From Shewanella halifaxensis HAW-EB4 (GTDB taxonomy: Bacteria > Pseudomonadota > Gammaproteobacteria > Enterobacterales > Shewanellaceae): a stretch of 30,000 nucleotides of DNA. The stretch is taken from positions 259,976 through 289,975 of the forward strand of contig NC_010334.1 of the NCBI RefSeq assembly GCF_000019185.1. The letters are read 5' to 3'. Position numbers and translations under genes: made by a program. Shown here piece after piece: positions 1-9,802 of the stretch (within the stretch, counting starts at the first letter, position 1; each line of letters starts with the position of its first letter). The notes beneath the pieces are model-generated. The model was not told the origin of the DNA and did not search any database. It saw nothing but the letters and a program-made list of their open reading frames with translations.

Positions 1-912
1 GTTGAGCCAGTACATTGCGGGGATACAGCCAGCCATAAAGAACAAGCTAATCACAATGTTTCCGAGTGCGGCATCTTTTCCATCAGAGAAGCCTAACAGC
101 TCAATGATTTGCGGACCGAACGTATAAATGGCAAACATAGGTATAACTTGGCAAGTCCAAATAATACCGATAAATAAAATTCTTTTTAAGTAAACAGGTT
201 CAAAAAGTTTGCCATATTTAGTCGGTTCTGCCGATTCAAAACTGATCTCTACATCGGGACCAAAGAACTTTTCCATGGTCTCTTTACATTCTTTCACGCG
301 ACCTTTTTTGAGTAACCAACGTGGTGACTCTGGTAGGTGGAAGCGACCAAATAGAATGATAAAACATGGAATTAACGCACTTCCGAACATCCAGCGCCAA
401 CCATCTTCAACATCATATAATAGATAACCGACCATGTTGGCCGCCGTTGCTCCGACGTACCACATTGCAGCAATGAAGCCCATGGTGAAGGCGCGCTTTT
501 TAGTGGGAGAGAACTCTGCAACCATAGAGGTCGCGATGGGGTAATCGGCTCCGATAACGATACCGATTAAGAAACGTAAAATTACTAACTCAATAGGGGA
601 GGAGATAAACATGGTCGCAAATGAGAGCACTGCAATTGCAATAATATCGATCATAAACATGAGTTTACGACCGAAGATATCTGCCACGTAACCGAATAAG
701 GCGGTACCGATAAATAGACCGGCTAGTGTTGCCGCACCGACTAAACCGATCCACTGGGCATCGAGTTCGAGCGCTGGAGTGAGCTGTTGAAGTGCTAGAC
801 CGATGATTACCAAAACATAGCCATCTAAGAAAGGGCCTCCACTTCCCCACAACATTATTTTTCTGTGTAATGGAGTAAACTCCATATCATCGAAGTTTGT
901 TCTTGGTTTCAT
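1..912 (-). CDS. yaaU: MFS transporter, sugar-porter family, YaaU-like (first 304 codons; C-terminus runs off the left edge)
   Basis: Missing from the ORF track because it is truncated. Reverse complement from ATG (912..910) reads MKPRTNFDDMEFTPLHRKIMLWGSGGPFLDGYVLVIIGLAL...FGRKLMF...LPESPRWLLKKGR with no stop down to base 1. It closely resembles my recollection of E. coli YaaU and sits next to fixX as in E. coli. Confidence 0.85.
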   Translation of the reverse strand, partial: MKPRTNFDDMEFTPLHRKIMLWGSGGPFLDGYVLVIIGLALQQLTPALELDAQWIGLVGAATLAGLFIGTALFGYVADIFGRKLMFMIDIIAIAVLSFATMFISSPIELVILRFLIGIVIGADYPIATSMVAEFSPTKKRAFTMGFIAAMWYVGATAANMVGYLLYDVEDGWRWMFGSALIPCFIILFGRFHLPESPRWLLKKGRVKECKETMEKFFGPDVEISFESAEPTKYGKLFEPVYLKRILFIGIIWTCQVIPMFAIYTFGPQIIELLGFSDGKDAALGNIVISLFFMAGCIPAMYWLN

Positions 913-1130
913 GCTACTTACCACCAATATAAATTTAAATATAAAGCTATATGATTGTTGTAATTATTTTTATGGAGTTAATTCTCCATTTGGCTATTTC
1001 ATAACCTAATGTAAAATACTACCCTGTAAAAATATTAAAACGGTGATGCGACCAATGTTTTACTATGTTTCTTATTAAAGCTTCTATATTTGTGAAGTTA
1101 CAACGTTTTACTTTTTTTTAGATGCGACAA

Positions 1131-1156
1131 AGAGTTGGAATAATGATTCCAACTCT
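1131..1156 (-). terminator. Hairpin downstream of fixX (11-bp perfect stem AGAGTTGGAAT/ATTCCAACTCT, 4-nt loop)
   Basis: Perfect inverted repeat 1131..1141 / 1146..1156, about 30 nt after the fixX stop. T-rich flank on the plus side and a short TTTG on the minus side. It may be bidirectional or only partial, since yaaU follows on the same strand. Confidence 0.5.
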
Positions 1157-1186
1157 GTTTTATAATTTGTTTTGTTAGTCGTTTAC

Positions 1187-1474
1187 TTAACCGTAACGGT
1201 ATTCAATTCCAAATGTTCCGCGAGGATATTCCCATTTTTCTAAAATTGTTTCACCACATAAGAATTTACATGTACCGCATTCTAAACAACCCGCAGAGTC
1301 GAATCTAATACTGCTATCATCTTCCAGTTTATAAAGACCAGCAGGGCAGGCATTAACTAATTTTCGATATTCGTTCATATCTGGATTGTCTTTTAAGATA
1401 ACATGAGGATGGCCCTCATCGACATGAAACTTATTGACGCCTAATTTGACATCGACGTTAACTATTTCACTCAT
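1187..1474 (-). CDS. fixX: Ferredoxin-like protein FixX
   Basis: 95 aa with Cys clusters (CPAGLY...CLECGTCKFLC). Size and sequence match E. coli FixX. Its ATG overlaps the fixC stop by 4 nt (translational coupling). Confidence 0.93.
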   Translation of the reverse strand: MSEIVNVDVKLGVNKFHVDEGHPHVILKDNPDMNEYRKLVNACPAGLYKLEDDSSIRFDSAGCLECGTCKFLCGETILEKWEYPRGTFGIEYRYG

Positions 1475-2760
1475 ATTGAAGTCACTCCTTTAATTCCATC
1501 TTTGATCAGATTCATATAGCCCACTTCTTTACAGTGCTTCATGAGGGTTTTTCTTATTGGTTGTGATGGAGTGCCATCAACGGTGAACATGCTTTGCATT
1601 ATGTCGGCCACCATCTTTGGGTACTGGTTAAAGATGCGTGGTGTTTCCATAAAGGCTGGTAGATCTTTATATAGCTTAAGATCTTTCATAATGAAGCTGT
1701 CTTCTAATAATGTTTGGTAAGAAGAGAGACCTTCGGCACTAAAGTCATTCTTTTCTCGTGCGGCTAATACTGCTTTTGCCGCGGCCTCGCCAGAAGCGAT
1801 AGCCAAGTCCATACCACGTACGGTATAGCCTAAGTTTAAACAGAACCCAGCAGCATCGCCTGCGATCAGTACGCCGTCATCGACTAGCTTAGGCACCATG
1901 TTAATACCCGCTTCTGGGACCACATGACCTGAATACTCGAGTAGCTTTCCACCCTCAATCAGTGGCTTAATCATTGCGTGATTTTTAAAGTCTTCGAGCA
2001 TTTGCGGCACAGTTTTACTAGAGCTACCTATGTCATGCAATCCACAAACGATACCCAATGAAACAGAGTTCTTGTTGGTATAGATAAAGCCGCCACCCAT
2101 TAGGCCATTGGCTGGTGAACCGGCAAATAACCAAGCGCAACCTTCATCCTTGCTGACGTTGAAGCGATCTTGGATCACTTCTTGAGGTAGTTCGATAAGC
2201 TCTTTAGCCCCAACTGCCATCACATCGCCTTTGACTCTCTTAACCATACCTAGCTGTTCACCCAGTATTGGGTTAACGCCTTCGGCTAAAATAACCGACT
2301 TGGCGGTAAGTTCGTCGCCATCGGCCTTTACGCCAATGACCTTACCATCTTGAGTTAAGATCTCTTCAACACGAATACCAGTAATGAATTGTGCACCAAC
2401 CTCTTCGGCCTTGCCCATTAACCACTGATCAAAATCGCCTCTTAACAGGGTGTAAGATTCTTGAGTTGAGTTTTGCTCTCGGCCGTTATGGTAGTCGAGA
2501 GTGACGCCAGTATCATCGGTCAGAAAGGTCACTTTCTCTTTAGTGACTTTTCTTTCTATTGGCGCTTCTTTAGCAAAACCAGGAATGATTTTTTCTAGAC
2601 TATGGGCGTACAGGCGACCACCAGTCATATTTTTGCTGCCGGCAAAGTTTCCGCGCTCGATTACGAGAACGTCCGCTCCCTCTTTGGCAAGAACATAGGC
2701 AGCAACACATCCCGCTAGCCCAGCTCCTACAATAATAGCGTCAAATGATTCTTCTGACAT
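1471..2760 (-). CDS. fixC: FAD-dependent oxidoreductase FixC (ETF-quinone oxidoreductase-like)
   Basis: N-terminal FAD fold motif DAIIVGAGLAG, collinear with E. coli FixC (about 428 aa). I prefer the ATG at 2760 (MSEESFDAIIVGAG, GAGAG Shine-Dalgarno about 9 nt upstream) over the GTG at 2769 used by the ORF track. Confidence 0.93.
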   Translation of the reverse strand: MSEESFDAIIVGAGLAGCVAAYVLAKEGADVLVIERGNFAGSKNMTGGRLYAHSLEKIIPGFAKEAPIERKVTKEKVTFLTDDTGVTLDYHNGREQNSTQESYTLLRGDFDQWLMGKAEEVGAQFITGIRVEEILTQDGKVIGVKADGDELTAKSVILAEGVNPILGEQLGMVKRVKGDVMAVGAKELIELPQEVIQDRFNVSKDEGCAWLFAGSPANGLMGGGFIYTNKNSVSLGIVCGLHDIGSSSKTVPQMLEDFKNHAMIKPLIEGGKLLEYSGHVVPEAGINMVPKLVDDGVLIAGDAAGFCLNLGYTVRGMDLAIASGEAAAKAVLAAREKNDFSAEGLSSYQTLLEDSFIMKDLKLYKDLPAFMETPRIFNQYPKMVADIMQSMFTVDGTPSQPIRKTLMKHCKEVGYMNLIKDGIKGVTSI

Positions 2761-2790
2761 ACTCGTCACTCTCTACATAAATTTGGCTAT

Positions 2791-2822
2791 TCGCCTCTTG
2801 TCTCTACTAGGATAAGAGGCGA
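2791..2822 (-). other. Intercistronic stem-loop between fixB and fixC (9-bp arms TCGCCTCTT/AAGAGGCGA, 14-nt loop)
   Basis: Inverted repeat read directly from the 82-nt fixB-fixC spacer. No T-run, so more likely an mRNA processing or stability element than a terminator. Confidence 0.35.
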
Positions 2823-2851
2823 TTGAAAGAACAATAAAAATTGTGCTTTGA

Positions 2852-3796
2852 TTAGGCTTTTAAGGCGCTGATTAGTGCAGGCATGATCTTGTTGACGTCG
2901 CCGACAATGCCGTAATCAACGTATTGGAAAATAGGCGCATTTTTATCTTTGTTTACGGCAAAGATTGTTTGTGAACCTAAAGCACCTACCATGTGTTGAA
3001 TTTGGCCTGAGATACCCAGTGCGAAGTATATTTCTGGCTTTAACATCACGCCTGAAACACCGATATAGCGCTCACGTTCCATCCATTTCTCGGTTTCAGC
3101 GATAGGACGTGAGCAACCTAGCTCGGCACCCATCAGTGCACTAAGTTCTGCCGCAACCTGTAGGTTTTCCTGGCTGCCAATACCGTTACCGACACCGACA
3201 ACACGCTTAGCTTTGCCTAGGTTTACACTCTCGCCTTGTTTAGCACGGCGCTCTACGCACTTGATAGTTGATGCAGGCTCTACAAATGCCACACTAACGG
3301 CTTCACCAGTGCGAGCGGTATCTGCAGCTTGCACTTCATATGCACCGCTGCTGAGGGTGATAATGGCTACTGGGCTATTGATTTTCTCTTCTGCGATAGC
3401 CAAACCACCGTAGGCCATATGCTTAGCGCGGATACCGTCTTCAATGCTGATCTCAATAACATCGTTAACGACACCTGCTTGTAGCTGCACACCTAGCTTA
3501 CTTGCCAGTGCTTTACCACGCTTAGTGGGTGCAAGTAGCATTAGTGTGTTTTCTGCTGCAGCTGAAATAGTCTGCGCCATGGTGTGACTGTAATCTTCGG
3601 TGATCTTCTGGCTGTCTTTGTCGCCAAGATAGTACACATGGGTTGCACCATATGAGAATGCTGCATTGATATCGGCTTCAGTACCGATTACAAATGTTGA
3701 TACTTTTTCGCCTAACGCTACGCCAGCCGCGATCATTTCAGGTAAACGGGAAGCGATATCGCTAAATACCCAAATATTAGATAGTTTGCTCATCAT
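2852..3796 (-). CDS. fixB: Electron transfer flavoprotein alpha subunit FixB
   Basis: 314 aa, collinear with E. coli FixB. Includes the conserved C-terminal FAD-binding stretch AVGISGQIQHMVG...IFAVNKDKNAPIFQYVDYGIVGD. Confidence 0.93.
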   Translation of the reverse strand: MMSKLSNIWVFSDIASRLPEMIAAGVALGEKVSTFVIGTEADINAAFSYGATHVYYLGDKDSQKITEDYSHTMAQTISAAAENTLMLLAPTKRGKALASKLGVQLQAGVVNDVIEISIEDGIRAKHMAYGGLAIAEEKINSPVAIITLSSGAYEVQAADTARTGEAVSVAFVEPASTIKCVERRAKQGESVNLGKAKRVVGVGNGIGSQENLQVAAELSALMGAELGCSRPIAETEKWMERERYIGVSGVMLKPEIYFALGISGQIQHMVGALGSQTIFAVNKDKNAPIFQYVDYGIVGDVNKIMPALISALKA

Positions 3797-3806
3797 TTAT
3801 CCTTAA

Positions 3807-4580
3807 TTAGTTAAGTGCGTTACGTAAGTGTTCTGCGAATTGGGCGATCTGCTGCTCGTCATCACCTTCGATAACGATCTTCTGACGTGCTTTTTGCTCA
3901 GGCGCGATAACTGAAACTAGCTCAACCAGTGCAGGGAACTCTGTTAGCTCGAGCTCTGTCGCGCTTAAGCTGGTGACAGGCTTTTTCGCGGCGGCGAGAA
4001 TGGTTTTCATCGATGGAATGCTTGGCTCGTTAATGTCTGCAGAAACGGAGATAACAGCCGGTAGAGTAATTTCTAGGACTTCTACTTCATTGTCTAACGC
4101 TCTTTCTACGGTAAGTTTTCCAGGTTCTGCTGAGATGATCTTGCTTACAGCATTGATATTCGCAACACCGAGTAGCTCACCTAACTGTAAGCCAACTTGC
4201 TGAGCGTAAAGGTCGCCAGAACCGTCACCACAGATAATTAGGTCGAAACCACTTTTTTGAGCCGCCGCCATTAATACTCTGGCAGTCTGGTGTGGTAGCA
4301 GTTGTTCAAATTTTTCATCAATAACGACGGTTAAGTCATCTGGTCCACGGGAAAGAATATCTTTGCGTGCTTTAGGGTTTTCTAGTGCTTTGCCGCCAAC
4401 ACTCATTGCAGTAATGCTGCATCCTTCGATTAAGCTTTTTAGTTGAACACCCGCTTCAACAGCACAGAGATCGAATGGGTTAATTTTAGGTGCGGCCTTG
4501 TTAGTATCTAAGCTACCATCGGCAGCTACTGTGATATCTTGCTCTTCAGGCACTAATTTGTAACACGTAATAATTTTCAT
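3807..4580 (-). CDS. fixA: Electron transfer flavoprotein beta subunit FixA
   Basis: 257 aa. The N-terminus [16 protein letters not shown] is nearly identical to E. coli FixA ([16 protein letters not shown]). Collinear throughout. Confidence 0.93.
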   Translation of the reverse strand: MKIITCYKLVPEEQDITVAADGSLDTNKAAPKINPFDLCAVEAGVQLKSLIEGCSITAMSVGGKALENPKARKDILSRGPDDLTVVIDEKFEQLLPHQTARVLMAAAQKSGFDLIICGDGSGDLYAQQVGLQLGELLGVANINAVSKIISAEPGKLTVERALDNEVEVLEITLPAVISVSADINEPSIPSMKTILAAAKKPVTSLSATELELTEFPALVELVSVIAPEQKARQKIVIEGDDEQQIAQFAEHLRNALN

Positions 4581-4888
4581 TATTTCTCCCGTTAGAATAT
4601 CAAGTATTTATAAACCTAATATAAAGATGTACTTTTTATGCATCACTTACTTAACGTAGTTGTTTTAAACTTAACGTCTACCCAGTGGTACGAGTAAAGT
4701 AATTAGATTTAAACTTACTGTTTTATATAAAAGCTTTGTTTGTTGAATACATTTTTAATATCTAGTCTTAAACGTTTTATTTCTGTTTAACGTTCTAAGT
4801 TGAAGCAATTATAGGACTATAAATAAATCGGCTAATGTTATGTGTGTCACACTTATTAATCGATGCTTGGTTAGTCTTTCTAACAGTG

Positions 4889-4907
4889 ATATTAGTTGCT
4901 CTAATAT
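4889..4907. promoter_or_regulatory. Inverted repeat ATATTAG-N5-CTAATAT (site A)
   Basis: 7-bp perfect arms read directly. Core TATTAG-N5-CTAATA. A degenerate TTAG-N5-CTAA copy lies at 4871..4883. Confidence 0.4.
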
Positions 4908-4944
4908 ACTTTTACACGGCGTATTTTAGAAAATTTAATAATGT

Positions 4945-4961
4945 TATTAGCTATCCTAATA
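4945..4961. promoter_or_regulatory. Inverted repeat TATTAG-N5-CTAATA (site B)
   Basis: 6-bp perfect arms with the same architecture as site A. Confidence 0.4.
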
Positions 4962-4972
4962 GGGTGTGTCTA

Positions 4973-4998
4973 CCTAACTAATAGAGGTATTAGTTAGG
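4973..4998. promoter_or_regulatory. Inverted repeat CCTAACTAATA-GAGG-TATTAGTTAGG (site C)
   Basis: 11-bp perfect arms, 4-bp spacer. Core CTAATA-N4-TATTAG. Confidence 0.5.
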
Positions 4999-5017
4999 CT
5001 TAAAATGGTAGTTAAGT

Positions 5018-5041
5018 AATTCTAATACGAGTATTAGAATT
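5018..5041. promoter_or_regulatory. Inverted repeat AATTCTAATAC-GA-GTATTAGAATT (site D)
   Basis: 11-bp perfect arms. Same CTAATA-N4-TATTAG core as site C, with centres 44 bp apart. Confidence 0.5.
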
Positions 5042-5301
5042 ATAGTTTTTTACTTCTTGTAGATGTTTTTTATATGAGGTTTTTGCTCTATTTTTCTTTA
5101 GCTAAACCTCATCATTAATACATTTGCAATTGGTTAAGTTATTGTTTTTCCGCTCATTTCTCTCTTGGTGAAAGGTGGGTTCTGATGGCTGTTTGTTGAT
5201 AGCTAACAGCGTATATCTTGAGGGGTAGGTCACAGTTATTTTGCGTGGCAACTTATTAAGGATATCGACTTTTTTGTCGATTATTTTCTATTTCAATTGA
5301 A

Positions 5302-5317
5302 CGTGATAACGATCACT
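5302..5317. promoter_or_regulatory. CRP-like site cGTGA-N6-TCACt
   Basis: Matches 8 of 10 core positions of the TGTGA-N6-TCACA consensus. The E. coli cai/fix promoters are CRP-dependent. It lies about 255 nt upstream of the caiT ATG, so the assignment is tentative. Confidence 0.3.
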
Positions 5318-5564
5318 GTATAGCCAAATGTTGGCTGGCATGATTCTTACGCAAATCAGCGGATCGAAAATAATTAAATTTATTGTTTGGTGGCTGGCCT
5401 GGCTATTAAATGGTTCGACATATTATTTAATAATAAGTTTGTTTTTTAGTTATATAAGTTTGATGGTATTCGTTTGGCTAAAAACGAATAAAGTTGGTTC
5501 GATAGCTACTCAGTTTAAAACTTTAACTATTATCCTCCTAAAACAGAGAGGGAGAAGTATTGAT

Positions 5565-7154
5565 ATGAACGATAAAACGATGGATGTAAATGCCACAGAA
5601 GTAAAAAAGAAGAAGGTTACTATTGACCCGACTATCTTTTTTCCTTCATTGCTTGCCGTCATATTACTGTCTTATTTGACAGTAAGAGACTTGGATGCCG
5701 CTAATTTAGCTATCAGCGAAGTCTTCCACTATCTAACTCACTCTTGGGGGTGGCTTTTTGAGTGGTACATGATCTTCATGGGAGCCGGTTGGGCTTGGTT
5801 GACCTGGGGACCTTATTCTAATAATCGCTTAGGTCAGGAAAAACCAGAATTTAGTACAGCTAGCTGGATCTTCCTGATGTTTGCCTCTTGTACCTCGGCT
5901 GCAGTGCTGTTCTGGGGGTCTTTAGAGGTTTACTACTATGTTACCTATCCTCCTTTTGATATTGAGCCTTTGTCTATTCAAGCCAAAGAGCTAGGACTCG
6001 CATATAGTCTATTCCATTGGGGACCTTTACCTTGGATGGGATATGGCTTCTTTACTGTTGCTTTGGGTTACTTCCTGTTTGTAAAGAAAATGGATGTGGT
6101 TCGCCCGAGTGGCACCTTAGAGCCTATTTTGGGTAAGCACCATAAAGGCTTTATCGGTACCTTTATCGATAACGTCTACGTTGTTGCTTTAATCCTTGCT
6201 ATGGGTACCAGTCTTGGCTTGGCCACACCTTTGGTAACTGAATGTATTCAATGGTTATTTGGTATCCCACGCACCCCAGCAGTTGACACAATCGTTATCT
6301 CTTCATGGATTGTTTTCAACGCAATTTGTGTGGCCTTTGGTCTGACTAAAGGCATTAAGATCGCCAGTGATTTGAGAAGTTATTTAAGTATCATCATGCT
6401 TGTTTGGGTATTTCTTATTGGCGCAACCAGTTTCACTGTGAACTATTTCACTGACTCAGTGGGCATCATGTTAGAACTACTTCCTCGTATGTTGTTCAAC
6501 ACCGCTTCGGTCAGTGAAGGCAGCTTCCCGCAAGACTGGACCGTATTCTACTGGGCTTGGTGGGTCGTGTATGGCATCCAGATGTGTATCTTCTTAGCGA
6601 AGATCTCTCGTGGGCGTACCGTTCGTGAGCTTTGTCTGACTATGGTTGCTGGTTTAACTGCTTCAACTTGGTTCCTCTGGACCATCCTTGGCAGTAACAC
6701 TATGAATTTGATGAATGAAAACCTCATCAACATGCCGCAACTTATCGAACAGTATGGTGCCGCCAGGGCCATTATTGAAACCTGGGCCGCATTACCGTTC
6801 AGCACTATCACCATGTGGGGCTTCTTCATTCTATGTTTCCTCGCAACGGTCACCTTAGTTAATGCCTGTTCTTACACCCTAGCCATGTCGACCTGTAAAG
6901 GCGCCGATGCTGATAACGAGCCACCAATCTGGGTTCGTGTTGGTTGGTCTGTACTTGTGGGTGTTATCGGCATCGTTCTGTTGTCACTCGGCGGCTTGAA
7001 GCCACTGCAAACAGCAATCATTGCCGGTGGCGCACCACTAATCATAGTTAACGTTATGATTATATTCTCTTTCTTAAAAGATGCCCGTAAAAATAATTGG
7101 AAACCTGTCGGTGAAGAGGCTAAGCCACACCTAGGTTCCACAGCTAAAATTTAG
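5565..7154 (+). CDS. caiT: L-carnitine/gamma-butyrobetaine antiporter CaiT (BCCT family)
   Basis: Collinear with E. coli CaiT (504 aa) from ...TVRDLDAAN... to ...IIAGGAPL.... Start chosen at ATG 5565 (MNDKTMDV) behind an AGAGAGGGAGA Shine-Dalgarno. The ORF-track start at 5328 adds 79 residues with no counterpart in CaiT. Confidence 0.93.
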   Translation: MNDKTMDVNATEVKKKKVTIDPTIFFPSLLAVILLSYLTVRDLDAANLAISEVFHYLTHSWGWLFEWYMIFMGAGWAWLTWGPYSNNRLGQEKPEFSTASWIFLMFASCTSAAVLFWGSLEVYYYVTYPPFDIEPLSIQAKELGLAYSLFHWGPLPWMGYGFFTVALGYFLFVKKMDVVRPSGTLEPILGKHHKGFIGTFIDNVYVVALILAMGTSLGLATPLVTECIQWLFGIPRTPAVDTIVISSWIVFNAICVAFGLTKGIKIASDLRSYLSIIMLVWVFLIGATSFTVNYFTDSVGIMLELLPRMLFNTASVSEGSFPQDWTVFYWAWWVVYGIQMCIFLAKISRGRTVRELCLTMVAGLTASTWFLWTILGSNTMNLMNENLINMPQLIEQYGAARAIIETWAALPFSTITMWGFFILCFLATVTLVNACSYTLAMSTCKGADADNEPPIWVRVGWSVLVGVIGIVLLSLGGLKPLQTAIIAGGAPLIIVNVMIIFSFLKDARKNNWKPVGEEAKPHLGSTAKI

Positions 7155-7165
7155 AGGAATAAATA

Positions 7166-8302
7166 ATGGATTTTAAATTAACCGACGAACAAGAGTTATT
7201 TGTAGCAGGTATCCGTGACCTGATGGCTAAAGAGAACTGGGAAAGCTATTTCGCAGAATGTGATGAGAATAGTCAGTATCCAGAGCGCTTCGTTAAAGAG
7301 CTAGCCGAGATGGGTATCGACAGCTTGTTGTTGCCAGAGGAGCACGGCGGATTCAACGAAGGCATGGTAACGCTAGCGGTGATCTGGGAAGAGTTAGGTC
7401 GCTTAGGTGCGCCAACTTACGTGCTATATCAGTTGCCAGGTATCACTACCATGCTAAGACACGGTAGCCCTGAGCAGATCGATAAGATCATGACGCTACG
7501 TGGTACGGGTAAGCAGATGTGGAACTCAGCTATCACTGAGCCAAGTGCGGGTTCTGACGTGGGTAGCCTACTAACCACTTATAAGCGTCGTGATGGCAAG
7601 GTGTATTTAACTGGTAGTAAGTGCTTCATCACTAGTGCTGCAGGTGCTCCTTACATCGTGGTTATGGCTAAAGATGCTGACTCAGAAAAGCCAATCTTCA
7701 CCGAGTGGTTCGTCGATATGTCTAAGCCAGGTATCAAGCTAAGCAAGCTACCAAAGCTAGGCTTAAGAATGGATAGCTGTTGTGAGCTACAGTTTGACGA
7801 GTTTGAGCTAGAAGAGTCAGACATGTTTGGTATCGAAGGCAATGGCTTCATGCGTGTTAAAGAGGAGTTTGACTCTGAGCGCTTCCTTGTGGCCCTAACT
7901 AACTACGGCGCGGCTTACTGTGCATTCGAAGATGCGGCTAAGTACGCCAACCAACGTGTTCAGTTCGGTGAGGCTATTGGTCGTTACCAGTTGATCCAAG
8001 AGAAGTTTGCCCACATGGCTATCAAGCTTAACAGCATGAAGAACATGGTCTATGAGGCGGCGTGGAAGTGTGACAACGGCACTATGACATCGGGCGATTC
8101 GGCAATGTGTAAGTTCTACTGCGCCAATGCCGGCTTCGAAGTTATCGACTCTGCTATGCAAGTACTAGGTGGTTACGCGATTGCTGGTGAGCACCGTATC
8201 AGCCGTATGTGGCGTGATATTCGTGTTGACCGTGTCTCAGGTGGTTCTGATGAAATGCAGATCTTAACCTTAGGCCGTGAAGTACTGAAGCGCTATCGTT
8301 AA
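7166..8302 (+). CDS. caiA: Crotonobetainyl-CoA reductase/dehydrogenase CaiA (acyl-CoA dehydrogenase family)
   Basis: 378 aa versus 380 aa in E. coli CaiA. Acyl-CoA dehydrogenase fold sequence. Sits in the canonical position after caiT. Confidence 0.92.
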   Translation: MDFKLTDEQELFVAGIRDLMAKENWESYFAECDENSQYPERFVKELAEMGIDSLLLPEEHGGFNEGMVTLAVIWEELGRLGAPTYVLYQLPGITTMLRHGSPEQIDKIMTLRGTGKQMWNSAITEPSAGSDVGSLLTTYKRRDGKVYLTGSKCFITSAAGAPYIVVMAKDADSEKPIFTEWFVDMSKPGIKLSKLPKLGLRMDSCCELQFDEFELEESDMFGIEGNGFMRVKEEFDSERFLVALTNYGAAYCAFEDAAKYANQRVQFGEAIGRYQLIQEKFAHMAIKLNSMKNMVYEAAWKCDNGTMTSGDSAMCKFYCANAGFEVIDSAMQVLGGYAIAGEHRISRMWRDIRVDRVSGGSDEMQILTLGREVLKRYR

Positions 8303-8331
8303 TAAACCGCGGTGATAAACAGGCTAGGTAC

Positions 8332-8376
8332 TGAGTTAGTGACTATTGAGCTAGTAAGTAGTGAGCTAGTAAGTAC
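8332..8376. repeat. Three tandem copies of a 15-bp unit (TGAGCTAGTAAGTAG-like)
   Basis: 8347..8361 and 8362..8376 are 14/15 identical. 8332..8346 is a more degenerate copy (about 11/15). Located in the 254-nt caiA-caiB spacer and dense in TGA/TAG/TAA triplets. Confidence 0.6.
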
Positions 8377-8556
8377 TTAGTCTGGGTCGATTCTAGTGTG
8401 GGATTTGAGAGCCTCTTAATATTTTAAGCAGATCGACACTGCTTCTCAGGTCCCCAACTCGACTCCATTGAGCCATGTTGCGTTAGATAACCCCCAATAA
8501 TGACTATCTTCCCGGCGCTGTTGCTGTGATGAGTTTTTGTTCGAATATTAAGAGAG

Positions 8557-9792
8557 ATGGGTATCATGTCAAATAAATTGTCCACACCTACGTTCGGTCC
8601 TCTTGCTGGTTTGAGAGTGGTTTTTTCCGGAATTGAAATCGCGGGCCCATTCGCAGCGCAAATGCTAGCCGAGTGGGGCGCTGAAGTGATCTGGATTGAA
8701 AACGTAGCCTATGCGGATACTATCCGTGTACAGCCAAACTACCCAGAGCTATCACGCCGTAACCTGCATGCATTGTCGTTAAATATTTTTAAAGATGAAG
8801 GCCGCGATGCATTCCTGAAATTGATGGAAACAACAGATATCTTTATTGAAGCCAGTAAAGGTCCTGCGTTTGCACGTCGTGGTATTACCGATGAAGTGTT
8901 ATGGGAACAAAATAAAAAGTTAGTTATCGCACACTTATCTGGTTTCGGCCAGTACGGCACGGATGAGTATACTAATCTGCCAGCCTACAACACGATTGCT
9001 CAGGCATTTAGTGGCTACCTTATTCAAAATGGTGATGTTGACCAGCCAATGCCTGCCTTCCCTTACACGGCAGACTATTTCTCTGGTATGACAGCAACCA
9101 CCTCGGCACTTGCGGCGCTATACCGTGTACGCGAAACCGGTGTCGGCGAAAGTATCGACATCGCCATGTACGAAGTCATGCTGCGCATGGGTCAGTACTT
9201 CATGATGGATCATTTCAATGGCGGCGAAGTTTGCCCACGTATGACCAAGGGTAAAGACCCTTACTACGCAGGTTGTGGCCTATATAAGTGTGAAGATGGC
9301 TATATCGTGATGGAGCTTGTTGGCGGCAACCAGATTAAAGAGATGTTCAAGGATATGAATATCATGCACCTATATGGTGGCGAAGAGGTACCTGAAGGCA
9401 CTCAATTGATCCACCGTATTGAATGTCCATTCGGCTATCAAGTTGAAGATGCATTAGACGGATACCTAGCGCAAAAGAGCATCGAAGAAGTATTGGCACG
9501 ATTTGCAGAGCTCAATGTGGCGTGTGCAAAGGTATTAACGATCCCTGAGCTTGATAGCAACCCACAATACATTGCTCGTGAGTCTATTACCGAGTGGCAG
9601 AACATCGACGGTAAGACCTACAGAGGCCCTAACGTCATGCCTAAGTTCAAGAACAATCCTGGCCAAATTTGGCGTGGTATGCCAAAGCACGGTATGGATA
9701 CTGCTGCAATCTTGGAAGATATCGGCTACTCACAAGAGCAAATTCAGAGCTTAAGCGAAAAAGGCTTAGCAAAAGTATCTGAGTGTAAGTGA
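8557..9792 (+). CDS. caiB: L-carnitine CoA-transferase CaiB (family III CoA-transferase)
   Basis: Very high similarity to E. coli CaiB ([21 protein letters not shown]..., [14 protein letters not shown]...). The true start may be ATG 8566 (MSNKL), which has better spacing from the AAGAGAG Shine-Dalgarno. Confidence 0.93.
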   Translation: MGIMSNKLSTPTFGPLAGLRVVFSGIEIAGPFAAQMLAEWGAEVIWIENVAYADTIRVQPNYPELSRRNLHALSLNIFKDEGRDAFLKLMETTDIFIEASKGPAFARRGITDEVLWEQNKKLVIAHLSGFGQYGTDEYTNLPAYNTIAQAFSGYLIQNGDVDQPMPAFPYTADYFSGMTATTSALAALYRVRETGVGESIDIAMYEVMLRMGQYFMMDHFNGGEVCPRMTKGKDPYYAGCGLYKCEDGYIVMELVGGNQIKEMFKDMNIMHLYGGEEVPEGTQLIHRIECPFGYQVEDALDGYLAQKSIEEVLARFAELNVACAKVLTIPELDSNPQYIARESITEWQNIDGKTYRGPNVMPKFKNNPGQIWRGMPKHGMDTAAILEDIGYSQEQIQSLSEKGLAKVSECK

Positions 9793-9802
9793 GGCTAGAA
9801 GA

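Larger units (their letters stand above)
4581..5564. promoter_or_regulatory. Divergent fixA / caiT control region (~985 bp, AT-rich, no credible ORF)
   Basis: Lies between the divergent start codons of fixA (4580) and caiT (5565). In E. coli the equivalent region carries the CRP- and CaiF-dependent divergent promoters. Here it contains several strong inverted repeats, listed separately. Confidence 0.7.

Noticed and set aside
4843-4853. The palindrome GTGTG-T-CACAC, which resembles CRP half-sites
   Set aside because: The half-sites are separated by 1 bp instead of the 6 bp required for CRP, so it is not a CRP site. Its function is unknown and it is too short to interpret.
5328-5564. A 79-codon N-terminal extension of the caiT ORF (ORF-track start at 5328)
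   Set aside because: The extension is hydrophobic and low-complexity, reflecting AT-rich DNA, and has no counterpart in E. coli CaiT. The internal ATG at 5565 has a strong AGAGAGGGAGA Shine-Dalgarno and aligns with the CaiT N-terminus.
4581-5564. An FNR box (TTGAT-N4-ATCAA), expected for an anaerobically induced cai/fix promoter
   Set aside because: The best candidates (TTGATagctAACAG near 5195, TTGAAcgtgATAAC near 5297) match only one half-site well. I cannot support an FNR site from sequence alone.
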